The notes: generated by a model not told the origin, from the sequence alone. Positions 12,657-25,309 are shown, numbered from the stretch's first letter. The stretch is 64,000 bases of DNA from Camelus ferus (GCF_009834535.1 NC_045697.1:95172001-95236000), one strand, 5' to 3'. Numbers and translations are program-made.

Positions 12657-15600
12657 GTGGATCCTGCTACCAATGTACCTTCCCCTATAGAAATGGAGTG
12701 GAACCACCAATTCAGAAGATGTTATTGGCAGTATTTTGATATATTGTCATAAATAATAAGGACTATCTAAGACATGCAGGGGAAACTATTCTATGACATT
12801 CAAGGAAACCACTTGTTCTGCAATTACAAAAAAATGTCACCCACACATCTGCATTCATTGTTAGGTGGATAAATTTGGTAGGGAAAGGTTCAGTGAGGAG
12901 AATCAAAAGCAGTGTATTTTGTTAAATCCTTGAGGATTTAAAAATATGCTGAAATTTTAGTTCCTGTATGAGTTGGTATGTCTTTTCAGGTATTTGTAGT
13001 CATTTTTCTAATTGGTCAATATAAAATATTTCTGTAAAGTGTACATTTTTAAATGCCACATGAACTATTTTCATATATTTGGGTACCATTGTTTACTACA
13101 ATACAATAAGTTATTATGTTATTTCAGAGTATAGCCTTATTACTTCTTAATGGATGGGTTTAGTGTTATTCTACTCAGTGCTGCCCAGCAGTGCCAAAGG
13201 TGCTTGTAATCACACCCCCACAGCCAGAGGCATCAGAGAATACCAAAAGGAAAGGCAGGCTCTCTGTGTTGAAATGAATGACCTTGTTCTACTATTCATC
13301 AGTAAGTGGTAGGGGATCATCATTAATTTTAGTTCATATTTTTTTATTTCTACTTTCAATCCCTTCTTGACACCTCATAAGATTATATGAATTATTATAT
13401 CAGCAGGTATGAGGTACTGAAGCATGCAATTTCATGCAGGGAGAAATCAAGCAGTTGAACCATTAAAATTAATGCAAATAGCCTGTTTCTATTTAAGAAA
13501 GGAAAGAGGGGTAATCTTGAGGAAGAATTATACGTAGTGTAACAACATTGTCTATAAACTACCCTTAAAATTATGTATTGTTTTAATCCAAAGTAATTAA
13601 ATTCTTTTGCGATATTAACTTTCTTTTCTTGTATATTAATTCATTACAAATTAGCTATAAAAAGACCAGTCCAAACATCTAAATTTACTTTTATTTCCAT
13701 TTCCTATCAATACAATGGTTTTATTTAACCTGTTTTCCAGCAGGCCAATAGGAACTTTTGAAATCCATTTCTTTATACTTATAATTCTGTGCTTTAAATA
13801 ATGTAACCCACACCAACCAGAGAGAAATTAATTAAAGATTCCTTGGAGCATTACTCACCTCCTCTTGAGTGTCTGCTACATGAAGATTTAACCCATAGTC
13901 AGTAAGGGCTTCTCTACATCTTTCTTAAACTATTACTGCTAAAACTTCAGGTTTGTTCTTGGGAATAAGGAAAAAGTTCTCTGTTTATAAAATATATTAA
14001 ATCATCTTTTGTAATACTGCTAAGTATCTTCTCACAGAACATAGCAATCTTTTGTAGAGTTTTCACATAGTCTAAGACTCTTTGATTTTTTTTTCTCAAA
14101 TGCTGTGTTCCCCAGTTTCCTGTGTACTTACCACTACATAACATGAAAATACCCAAACTGTGTATTTCCATTGTAAACAGTTTATACATACAGTTTGGTT
14201 AGGCAGAATCTATACTTCCTGTGCTGTGATATGCCTGGGTTCTAGTTTAGCTATGTGTCCTCTGTATCCTCATGTTAAAAGAAGATAATAGCCTCTATAT
14301 TTTCCTCAAAATGTGTAAAATAACGTGTGATTTCTTAACATTTTAAGTTTAAGAAAACTTTATGGTACGGTAGACATAAGAATTCTGGAATATTCTCACA
14401 AACACATGGCTGACTTTCATCAACATCTAATTATAGAAACTAAAGTCACTAAATCTTTTTTCTGATACCCATCTTTAACATCTGTAATCATTATGGTTGT
14501 GGCTTACATGAATGAATCAGCTAAAATTATGGAGAGTTTCAAAATGTGTGGCATTGGAATTGTCTTTGACACTAAAACAACACAAGGAGAATAGCTTATC
14601 ATAATGAGTTCAGAATACACAACCTCTTCTTACCATGAGCAGCAGCTGATAGCATTGCTTGCTGCTTGCTTTCCATTGCAAAATAATTGTCTGGACCAGA
14701 AAAGATCACAAGCTGGTTAATGTCACAAGCCTGCCCCTGTTGCTAATATGATCTTATCAGTCACTGACTGATCACTTTCTAGGGAGAAGTATCAGCCTGT
14801 ACCCACCCTGCCCTTTTTTCTTAAGTGGGCTTACGATGAGAAGCAAATACTATACAATAGTAAAATGAGCTTTCACTTTTTATTTTTTCTTTGATAAATA
14901 TTTTGTTCACAGAGCTTGTGTTTACCTCATGGGACTGCTGCCAAAGGCAGAGGTTCAATTCCATGAACTGAAATACATCATCATGTTTTGGCATAATTGC
15001 ATTTCTAATGGGCTCTCTGAGAAAGGAATGCATAAGTGCCAATTACAGCATGATACAAATAAAGCATTATTATGTTTTCTGGAACAATCTGCATAATGGC
15101 AATATAGTCATATTATATTATGTTCAGTTATTTCTATTTCCTCTACTTGAATCTTTCTGTCAACAAACGATTTTTTAAGAAGTGCCTCAACTGTGATTTG
15201 AATGCTATAAAAGTAATAATTTGTCAACAAAGTATGTAAAATCATATATATGTTACTTACAGAGAGAGAGAGCTCATATACAGACATTTATGGATATCTA
15301 TATGCAGGTACAGATATAGAGAGGTATACCATATGCAGTAATAGATACATATCTAATGATCTGTCACCTCTTTGATTATAGTATTTAATTATCCAAATTG
15401 CTGTACTGCAAAGCAGAAAATAACTAAGAGTAACTAGTTTCAGCCTAGTTAATATGAGACGTATGAGAAAGTAGTAACAACCACTTTGAAAGCAAAATCA
15501 CACAAATAATAACTCAAAAAGAAGTGTAGAGATAAGATACAAGCACCAAAATGAAATGCAGATTGTTCCTAATGTTTGAAGGAAACTCCTTTGTGCTGTT

Positions 15601-16460
15601 GAAATAAATATTATGCAATAAGTGAAAAATATATTACTTAGATTTGTCTTCAAGCCAAAAGGTCTTAAAGGGGCATAGTCTCTGGAAAGTGTTGTGCAAT
15701 CGAGGGAATGCTTGCTCTAATGTCAGCACTACAACATTTTCTGATCTTGATCTACACGACGAGTCAAGCAGAATTTTTTTCACTTTAGTTTTTCATCAAG
15801 TCAGAACCTATTTGACAGTATGGCAGCACTACCCAGGAAGGAGCCTTATTGATTTGGGCATCTAGTTTAAAGGGAGATAAACCATAATATGTTTGGGATG
15901 AAATGTCTGTTGTACTTGGTGCTGTCCTTGAGCAACAAATTTAAATCTGCAGCAAGGAAGGGTTTTTTTTTTTTTTTCCTTCAGAATAACAGGTTATTGA
16001 TTTTAGCAGAAAATCACCTCATAAAAGTTTATTTCAAGATTTTTATACTTTCACAATTACAGATTTATATTGAGGAGTGTTAATCATTCCAAGCATAGAA
16101 TATTCAAACAATATTTAATATAAACAAGAAAAGATAAAGTCACAGTTCATTAAGCTCAAATGGTATTTGTATAGGAAATATATCTATAGTAAATACTGCA
16201 AAAAATGCCAGCGAATATATTTAGAATAAAATGAAATGGCAATGTGGAGGAGAGGAAAGAAGTGATTAGAAATGAGAGAAACCACTTTATGTAATATGGA
16301 CTTTCAGTGAAGACTTCCCTTGAGTCAAGAGATTATGAAATATTTATCTGAAATTTTCTAGTAGATAAAAGAAAAGTAATTACAGGTTTGTTTGGTGGCT
16401 TAACTGATCGACCATCTTACTGCTGGAATAGCAAACTTTATGAGTCATCAAAAGCTACAA

Positions 16461-17010
16461 ATGCTTAACTCAAAATGGATTAAAGACTTGAATACAGACC
16501 TGAAACCTCCTAGAAGAAAATATAGATGGCAAGTTCTTGACATACGTCTTGGAATAACTTTTTAAATTTGACACCAAGACCAAAAGCAACAAAAGCAAAA
16601 ATAAACAAGAGGGACTATATTAAACTGAAAAGTTCCTACACAGCAAGGGAAACCATTAACAAAATGAAAAGGGAACCTATGGAATGGGAGAAAATATTTG
16701 CAAATCATATATCTGATAAGGGGTTAGTAAAAAAAAATGTATAAGGAACTCACACCTCAACAGCAAAAAAACACAAACAAGTAAACAAACAAACAATTTG
16801 ATTGAAAATGGGCAGGGGATCTGAATAGATATTTTTCAAAAGAAAACATATAAAAAGTGCTCAACATCATTTATTATCAAGGAAATGCAAATCAAAACCA
16901 CAATGAGATTACCTCAAGCCATTTAGAATGATTATAAAAAAGTCAAGAAATAATACATGTTGGTGAGAACCTGAAGAAAAGGGAACATTTATGCACTCTT
17001 GATCAATTTA
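16461..17010 (+). mobile_element. L1 ORF2 C-terminal-region fragment, truncated at both ends, flanked by an 11-bp direct repeat
   Basis: 'aactcaaaatggattaaagac...gggagaaaatatttgcaaatcatatatctgataaggg...atgcaaatcaaaaccacaatgag'. The repeat aaaagctacaa is at 16450-16460 and 17011-17021. Confidence 0.85.
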
Positions 17011-18530
17011 AAAAGCTACAAGGGAAATTTAGTGTTTGTGTTCATCAAATACCTTTGTCTAATTCACTAGATTTTGTGAACTTTCATCAGATTTTACAAT
17101 TGCGTGTAAATAAATGCTATTTGTTCACTCAAGTAATATATGCACATTCAAAGTTTCAAGCAAAACGTTATCAGTTAAGAGATTTTTATAATTGTATACA
17201 CATGTAGAACCTATATGTGCAACAATATATTAATATAATAATGAGAAAATTTAATCAAATATGCTTTGGTTATAGACTACAGAATAATTAAAAAGGAAAT
17301 ATTTTCCTCGTTTTTCTCAACAGGTGAATGTTTCTAATAACTAAGTATTTTCTGTAAAAGTAAATGCCTTAAATTTCTGATACTAAAGGTCAAAGATTAT
17401 CATATTATTTTCCATATTTCTTTGATACTAATAATGAGTTGAAAAATATCATTAACTTCAAAATTCTGTGAGTTTTCTGTGAATGCTATTATGTCAAAGC
17501 ATTACTTGTGCACTTTTCCAAAAGTAGACATTCCATCTTGTTAGCTCTTTAACCATATTGTGAAAGCATAATTGTATTCTGTGCATTCTTGGTTGACATT
17601 AAAATGATTTGTTAGTTGTGCCTAGCAGAATGTCATCCTTTCTGCATTATGTATTTAGATTAACTCACCCAACAACTTCAGATCAACGGTGTGTTTCTAC
17701 CCATCCATCTGTCTGTAAGAGTGAAAACTAAGATGTAGGATTACTAATTTGTTAAGATATCTTTTTCATTTGTCTTAAAAATATGAATTAAAAAGATGTG
17801 TGAAAAGAGCATTTCACAAAAGACTAGTTTCCTTTTAAAGGCATATTTGAAAGTCTTAGATGAGCCTACAAATACAACTGTCAGGATTATTCAGTATTAG
17901 AGCAAATAATAGAAAATTATCACTGTCCACACATCAGATACACATGATCATTTGATTTGTTTACTTGCTTCTAGTTTCTGAAGGCTTAAATTTATATAAA
18001 ACATCTCTTTTTCAAATAATTTCTCTGTAAAAAATTGTCTTATTTCATTATTATAACCTCTTTTGAGTTTACTTACAAGACTTCTATAACATGGCTGTTT
18101 TCCTATTTAAATGTATTCCCCTGAGTTGGCTGTATTCATGCTTTGACACTCTTTAGATATCATATGCATATACAACAATTTATGAGTTTCCTTCTGACTG
18201 GAATTTGCTTCTTTATTTCTTCCATTTGTTCATAATATTTTTATTTCTTAATGCAAAGTCCCAATAGTCTATTAGCTTTTTCTTCTCACTTTATTCAAGG
18301 ATCGTTCCATCCCTGAAAGCTGAGAAAGTCTATAGCTAGATTCTATCAGCAAATTAATAATATGCCAATAGTTGTACCTTTTATCTGCTTCCTTCTAAGA
18401 ATTTATATCCAAGTTACAACTATTAAAAATACAATATGTTAAAAAGATACTCTAAGAATCAGCAAAGACATTACAGATACGATGATATGACAAGTCTGTT
18501 AAATATTATTAATTTAAGAACTCCTACAAG

Positions 18531-19034
18531 CAACAAAGATATATTGTACAGCACCGGGAAATATAGCCATTATTTTGTAATAACTTTAAATGGAGTATAA
18601 TCTATAAAAATACTGAATAACTGTGTTGTACACCTGAAACTAATATAACATTATAAATCAACTATACTACAATAAAAATTATGTAAAGCAACTGTCAGAA
18701 AATTTACAGTAATAACCAAAAATAAGTTTAAGTTCCCTCCAAAAAAAGAATATTTGGTGACATGAGGAAATCTGTAACATTGTTTTATGAGTAAATAAGG
18801 CTACAAAACTTATGTATAACATAACATAATTCTATTAAAATTATTTTACATGTAGTATATACAAACATATTATAGACATAGAAATAATACACATCCACAA
18901 TGTAACAGTGATTATTTCTGGGTAGTGGAAATACTGATATTTTTTAATTTTTTTACCTAATAATTCTCTGCATTATTCATATTTTCTAAAATAAACTTTA
19001 AAAGTTGTAAAAAATAAAATTAAACTAAAAAATA
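18531..19034 (+). mobile_element. 5'-truncated artiodactyl-type L1 3' end with about 350 bp of 3'-transduced sequence
   Basis: L1 terminus at 18531-18680 ('tacacctgaaactaatataacattataaatcaactatac'). A-rich tail at 19009-19034. Exact 15-bp TSD aagaactcctacaag at 18516-18530 and 19035-19049. Confidence 0.8.
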
Positions 19035-19545
19035 AAGAACTCCTACAAGTGAGAATATAATACCTAACAACTAAAAGAGAATATCCTTTAATGATTCACA
19101 TAATCAGAATTTAAAAATAAGTGTATTTAATTTTTTCATCATAAAATACAAAATAATACTTTAAACTGATTGACATACTAGCTTTTCAACAAGAAACTTT
19201 TGTCTTTTTTCAGTTGTAAAAATTAGTGAAAAGAAATGGACATGTGATATATTGCTGGGACCAACAGAAACTGGAAAGTGATCTCCCATTATGAAGTTAT
19301 AGCTTTAAACTCATTAATACTTCTGTTGTGGCAATGCTACAAGTGTGCCTTTTTCCTAGAGAAATAATGAAAATAATTTAAAAGCCTTACATATATGAAA
19401 ATTTATTGTAGCATTATTTACGATACTAAAATGTAAAGCAGTCTATAGGTTATAGGTAAACAGTTCAAATGATTCAGGAATGTCAACTTGTAAGGGATAT
19501 TGGGTAGTAATTAAAATCATCCTGAAATGGTGATAAATGTAACCA
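19035..19545 (+). mobile_element. Old L1ME-like fragment (the target of the 18.5 kb insertion)
   Basis: 'aagaactcctacaa' (KELLQ motif) and 'tttattgtagcattatttacgatactaaaa' resemble the L1ME ORF2 end and 3'UTR. Confidence 0.5.
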
Positions 19546-19784
19546 TATGACTTAACTGATGTGGTTGGTATCAAATAGTTTTTTCAGTTATTCCATGTAA
19601 TTACACTCATATTACTCAGATAGCATTCCCTAATATTGGATTCATAACACATTCACTGATAATGATTTGCTCTTGTTTTTTTGGTCTAGATTTTGGATCC
19701 AGGATGTCTTTCTTTATCCCAGCTTCCCACTGTCCACGCATGGTTTGCGTGTTATGTGTTTTAAGTAGTCATTGATTCCGTATT

Positions 19785-20175
19785 CTCTTAGCCATTCCCT
19801 TCTCTATTATCCTAGCTCAGATCTGCATTATCTTTCTTCTAAAACCCTTTTTAAACTTCTTTCCTCTTCTGCCTTTCTCCAGATTTGTTCAGTTAAAATT
19901 CACATTCCATTTCCTTCCTAGGGGATCCATGCATAATGTAAATCAGATAGTGTCACTTTCCTTAAAGTTTGGCTTCAAGACAAAAATCTAAGTTTTTTGA
20001 CCTTCCATGGCAAGTCTCATCTGTCATCCCCTCATGTCTCTCTATTGAAACTTCATTAACAAACACTGCCCTCAGCCCCCTCCATACTGTGCTATATGTT
20101 AACTTTGTTCCTATTCTGCCTTCTGCCTTGAAAATATTCTTTCCAGTTCTTTACCTGTCAGTTCCTTCTGTTTAT
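19785..20175 (+). mobile_element. L2 fragment
   Basis: Pyrimidine-rich text with 'aatgtaaatcagatagtgtcact', typical of the L2 3' region. Confidence 0.55.
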
Positions 20176-20610
20176 TGATAATGACATAAATATGAAGTTA
20201 AATACAATGGATAATAGTAATAAGTATAAAGTATCTTATTAAAAACAATTTTATTTCAAAACATCTTCCTTTTTTCAATTTTATAATTTTAAATTAAACC
20301 TACAAATGAATATTTAGAACTGTCAACCTGACCTCATCTGAATTCTTCTTTGCTATAATATTTTTGGAAACTCAACAAATAACCAAAGGCCACTTGCTCC
20401 TTTTGAGTGGTCAATCTTCTGTCAACCGACATACTCTGATTTGAAGTTTAATGGCCATGGGTCATGTATCTGAATCTGTGATTGGGGTCCACAAATAACT
20501 TTCTAAATAACTGACCTTAAGTTTTAGGCCTTAAGTTTAGTTTAAATTCTTTGAAGAAAAAGAGCAGAAAAGTTTTATACATTAAATTTTTGACAAAATA
20601 AAAATCTGTG

Positions 20611-20746
20611 TCAGGTGATAGATGTAACTAACCTTAGTTCCAATCATTTCACCATATATACATATATCAAATTATGATGTTATAATCTTAAACTAATACA
20701 ATGTTAGATGGCAATTATATTTCAATGAAACTGGAGAAGAAAAAAA
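20611..20746 (+). mobile_element. L1MA-type 3' terminus with short A tail
   Basis: 'ggtgatagatgtaactaacc...aatcatttcaccatatatacatatatcaa...tcaatgaaactggagaagaaaaaaa'. Confidence 0.75.
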
Positions 20747-20972
20747 CTGTATTACCTAGCATTTTAAAACTCTAAATGCAAATTTTGATAATTTAAAGCT
20801 AAAAAAGATATGTTGAATATTACTACCTTCTGGAATCTATTATTGCCAAAAAACTTACATTTGGTAGATCCTAAATTAAAACAGAGTTAAAACTAACATT
20901 GAAAAATATAAAAACTAACATTACAAAAATAAAAAGTTATTTTCAGGATTTTATGTTATATATCACCTAAAT

Positions 20973-21198
20973 CAGAGTTCACCAAACTATAAACCAAGGG
21001 TCAGTTGCTTTTTTTTTTTTTTTTTGTAAATGAAGTTACACTGGAACACAACCACACCCATTCTTTTACTTACTGTCTTTGGCTACTCCTTCCTACAAGG
21101 GCTAGTACTGTTGAGTAGTTGCAACAGAGCTTAGATGATGCTCAAAGCCTAAAAGCATTCACTATCTGTTTCTTCACAAAATTGTCTACTGACCTCTG
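20973..21198. mobile_element. MER58A-like hAT-Charlie non-autonomous DNA transposon
   Basis: Ends cagagttc... and ...gacctctg. Core 'tttttgtaaatgaagttacactggaacacaaccac...gttgagtagttgcaacagag'. Degraded 8-bp TSD acctaaat / acctagct. Confidence 0.85.
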
Positions 21199-21826
21199 AC
21201 CTAGCTTATGTATTTTGTTCAATTCTGACTCCACTTTAAAAAGAATATTGGGGAATTGTGTCTTATTCATACCCTGTAACTCTACTATAGTCTTTATTCT
21301 CTGTCTGTTTCCTTTATTGATACATAAGCAGTTTAGAGCTTTTAGTGGAGTGAAATGGTTTTCTTCAATGGTTTTCTTTATTCATTTTTAGTTTTTATTT
21401 TAGTTCCATAATTCATACACATTCCACAGAAAAAATAGGCTTGTTATTATTGGTTGGAAGGACAGACAACTCACTGATTTAAGACTTAAGTGAGATTTAC
21501 ACATTGCCAAACCAATCAGAGTATATCTCATTCTAGCTTCTGGATCTAAATTAACCCTCTAATCTGATTTAAAAAAAAACTTTCAGTACTTTGGGAAGGT
21601 AATTATATTAATTTTCCTGAGTTAGATAACACATTAAAATATTTTTACATGCCATGCCCAGTTTATTTGACACTAAGTATCTAACTAGTGAAGCTTAGTA
21701 TATTATGAGACAAAAATATGTTTGTTTTAAATTTTTATCCTATCTTATGTATAACAGAAGAAAAAAGTCTACTAGTCACAAAAACAAAACCAGAGATAAA
21801 ATCTACAACATAAGAAGGATTAGTTA

Positions 21827-21973
21827 GGTGAGGAAGGTATAGCTCAGAGGTAGAATGCATGTTTAGCATACACGATGTCCTAGGTTCACCCCTAGTATCT
21901 CCATTAAGATAAATAAATTAATTAAATAAACAAGCAAGCAAACAAACAAACCTAATTACCCTCCCTGCCAAAA
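21827..21973 (+). mobile_element. tRNA-derived camelid SINE (Vic-1-like)
   Basis: A-box 'tagctcagaggtag' and B-box 'ggttca', then an AT-rich stretch and 'aaacctaattaccctccc'. Degenerate TSD aagaaggattagtta / aagaaaatcagtta. Confidence 0.85.
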
Positions 21974-22026
21974 AGAAAATCAGTTAATTTCAGTTTCAGT
22001 TTTAATTGAGCATTTAAAAAATATAC

Positions 22027-22047
22027 GTGTGTGTGTGTGTGTGTGTA
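22027..22047. repeat. (GT)n microsatellite
   Basis: Directly visible. Confidence 0.9.
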
Positions 22048-22074
22048 TAAATCAGCTTTATAAAGCTTCTAACT

Positions 22075-22360
22075 GTAGGGGCTAGTTTTATTTACTATGT
22101 CTTACCAATAGAAAGTATGTTCCATGATAGCAGGGAATGTGTCCTATTCACCCAGAAGCTAAAGCAGCATACAGTAGGCACTCAGAAAAGCATCTGTTAA
22201 ATGAATGGGTTGAAGTTACCTAACTAGATCCTTCCTACAGCACTGTGAGTTAGGCACACCATTGTGAGTTAAGTGTTAATGGTCTTAATTTTCAAAGGTG
22301 GTAAGCAAGACTCAGAAAAATTACTCGGCTTACCCTAAGACACACAGCTTTTATAGAGAG
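22075..22360. mobile_element. L2 3' end (+) followed by a MIR fragment (-)
   Basis: 'catacagtaggcactcag...gttaaatgaatg' (L2 tail), then 'aagactcagaaaaattactcggcttaccctaagacacacagc' (MIR). Confidence 0.55.
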
Positions 22361-23339
22361 CCAGCATCAAAACAAAACAAAACAAACTATGCATTCTGCA
22401 TCCCAAGTGTGTCTTTTTTGCTTATACAAAATTTACTTTTCTTTGAGGAATAAAGAAACTGGAATTGATTAGCTTAGGGAAATTTTATATGAAGATTTAA
22501 GAAGAAGAAATAATTTTAATTTTTTAAAAATGTTGTTGTTTTGAATCTGTATAGCCGAAGACACAAAAAATAAAATAGCTTAAATTGAAGTGGAGATAAT
22601 TCAGGTAGTGACAAGAATTTTTTTTTAAATCTTTTATTATCTTCTTGACTTGGACTCAGCAGAGATACGCATCTCTTTACTTCTGCATTTTAATTATCAC
22701 CACCTGTTAACTGTATTAACTACCAGAAAAACAGAATGAATAACAAAGTGTTGGACTGTAGTTACTCCACCCACAGAGAAGCAATGCAGACTTAGCAAAA
22801 TACAATTCAGTAGTTCTTCGTGACATACTGGATAAGGGAGAATGCAGAAGCTTTCCAAAGTCACCATGTTTAAAATGTTTTGAGCATGAGTATTATATCT
22901 AACATTCATTGATGATTTCCTTTGATTGTAACTTTTATATAATTTAAATTTTTTTAAAGCCTGGAGTATCACTGGAATAATAGCCATTACATAAGTCTTA
23001 ACATGCATATTATGTAAAGAAGAATTTTTTCCAAATTTTCCACAAATAGCTTGTTTGATTATCATACTAACCTCACAGTTAACAAAGATGAAAGTGGTGA
23101 GATGCAATGTTAGGCTAAAAGATTTCTCCTGTTTCTCTTTTCTTAAATATTTTATCTGTTTTCATCAAAATGGATAAATGTGAAATAATTCAATTTTTTT
23201 AGCTTGAAAATAATGATGGTACCACTATGCTCAGTTTTACAATTTTGAAAAAGTAGAGGTAAAGGATTATGTCCTAAAATAACTCAACAGGCTGAGTCAA
23301 GACACTATACAAAGCCAATATCAAAGGAAAGTATATATT

Positions 23340-23950
23340 TAAACTTACATTCCTAAAATAGTCACTAGGTCTTGATGAATTTTCAGCTGACTTAAAACAA
23401 AGCATTAATAATAGATACTTTCAAAGTTATGTAAATTATGCTGGAGAATGGGAACAGTAGGAAAGATTTCGTGTTAATTTTGTGGGGTTAGTCTAATTTT
23501 GATACAAAGTCATGGCAAAGACAACAGAAAAATAAAACTATAGGAAAAGCTAAATATGAATGTACAAAGAAAATCCTAAATGAATTATTAGCAAGGAAAA
23601 ATCTAGCAGTAAGAGGAAAATGTATTATTACTACAGAATGAAAGCAGGGTTCAAAACTAGAAAATGCGTTTATATTTATAAGTAAAGAGTATAAATTATG
23701 TGATCTATTAATAAAGGCTAAAAAGGCATTAAATAAAATTCAAAAATTTCCCTCTAAAGAAATCCCTCATGAAGCTGGCAGTAAAAGAAACATCCTAGAC
23801 CAATGTGAAGACTCAAAACCCTGTAACAGACAATAGGTCTATTTAATGGTGAAAGTTTAGAAGTGATCTTATTAAAAAACTTCTGCTAAGGTATATTTTA
23901 TTTAACATAGTACTGGAAGACTTAGATGACACAGGAAAAAAAGAAAAAGA
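23340..23950 (+). mobile_element. Old L1 ORF2 (RT region) remnant
   Basis: Degraded GPDGF.AE, 'aaaaataaaactatagg' (ENYR-like), 'aaaaggcattaaataaaattcaa' (KAF.KIQ-like) and 'tttaacatagtactggaag' (FNIVLE). Confidence 0.7.
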
Positions 23951-24019
23951 AAAAGGCTGATAACATTTAGAAAGTAAGAATTAACACAGTCAAAATTAGC
24001 AATATTACCCCTAGGTTCT

Positions 24020-25309
24020 TCAAAGAGCAGCCATCATAGTGTTCACTCACAGTGAGTTCCAAGATGTCGTAATCTCCAACCACTTGGTTAATTTTAGCCA
24101 GCCCAGTTCTCTGCCTATAGCCCCCAGAGTTCTGGTCACTGACTAGGGTCAAGAGCTTAGCTGAGCTGAAGAGAGCTGTCAAGTGTCACAGTAGCCAATT
24201 AAAGCAACAAGCCAAAATGGAAGTAACCATCAAAACTTTAATCACTTACTGTGATAGTTAAGGCTAAACCAGGAGCCAGGACCAATTCCCCCCTGTTTCA
24301 ATTCCACCCATGGGATGAAGTGCCAGTGGAGGGTTGGATCAGCACAGGTATGGGGTTGTATCGATGCTGAGGGAGCTCTGAAGAAAAGGCTCTTGTAGTT
24401 TTAATAACCTGGGGGCTAGCAGAAGGCAAAAGGGGGAGGGCTAGGAGTAGAAAAGAACTAGGTACTGAGTCGGAGTGGGGAGAGGTGTCTTCAAGATTTC
24501 CCTGTAAGAAAACTTCCAAATGGAGGTGCCTGGGCTGGGAATGCAGATATATATACATAAGAGGATGTCAGCCAGAGGGCCCTGAGTCCCTGACTATAAC
24601 TTTCTTCAGAGACTACAATGCATTGGCTGTGCATCAAGTCTGGTGACGACAGAACAGTTTTTCCCCTTGAGGCCTGCCAGGTAAGACTTTGCCCATGATT
24701 GGGCCTGAAAAAATCACAAAATGATTTCTTGCCAGGAGCTGGACTACTCATTCTGGAGATCCTCCAGGCTCCCCTCAGGCTCAATAATTTTCTGTTGAAC
24801 TCAGAGAAGTTGTTATACTCATGCTTATGGTTTATCACAGTGAAGGAATACAGATGAAAATCAGCAAAGGGAAGAGGTACATATAGCAGGTACAGAAAAG
24901 ATCAGTTGCAAAGCTTCCATTTGTCTTGTCCCAGTGGACTTGTGTGACCGGTGCTCATTTCTCTAATCAATGATGTGTAACAATGTTACAAGAAGTACTG
25001 ACAACCAGGGAATCTCCCCAGAGTCTTGTGTTCATAGTTTTTATTGGGATTTGATCACACAGACATGATTAACGGTCCACATGACTGATCTTACTCTCCA
25101 ATCCCTCAGAGGTCATGCTGACATCATGTGTCCTAAGCTCCCTCCATAATTCGCATTGCTAGCATAGATTACCTGTTATGGTCCAAAATCTCCAGGTAAG
25201 CAAAAACATTCCATTGGGCAGGACCTTCCATGGGCTAAGAGGTTCCCTCCCAGGAACTGGAGGCAAAGGGGCAAACCTTCTTTGCTCAAAGTTAATCTTT
25301 TACTGCACA
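24020..25309 (-). mobile_element. MER21-like ERVL LTR, apparently interrupted by a second LTR-like element at about 24177-24750
   Basis: 24750-25309 resembles MER21C ('tttatcacagtgaaggaatacagatgaaaatcagcaaagggaagagg', end 'gttaatcttttactgcaca'). The middle segment is GC-richer and LTR-like, family not recognised. Confidence 0.7.

Noticed and set aside
22697..23107. 136-aa minus-strand ORF
   Set aside because: No recognisable domain, composition typical of AT-rich non-coding DNA, and no supporting splice structure.
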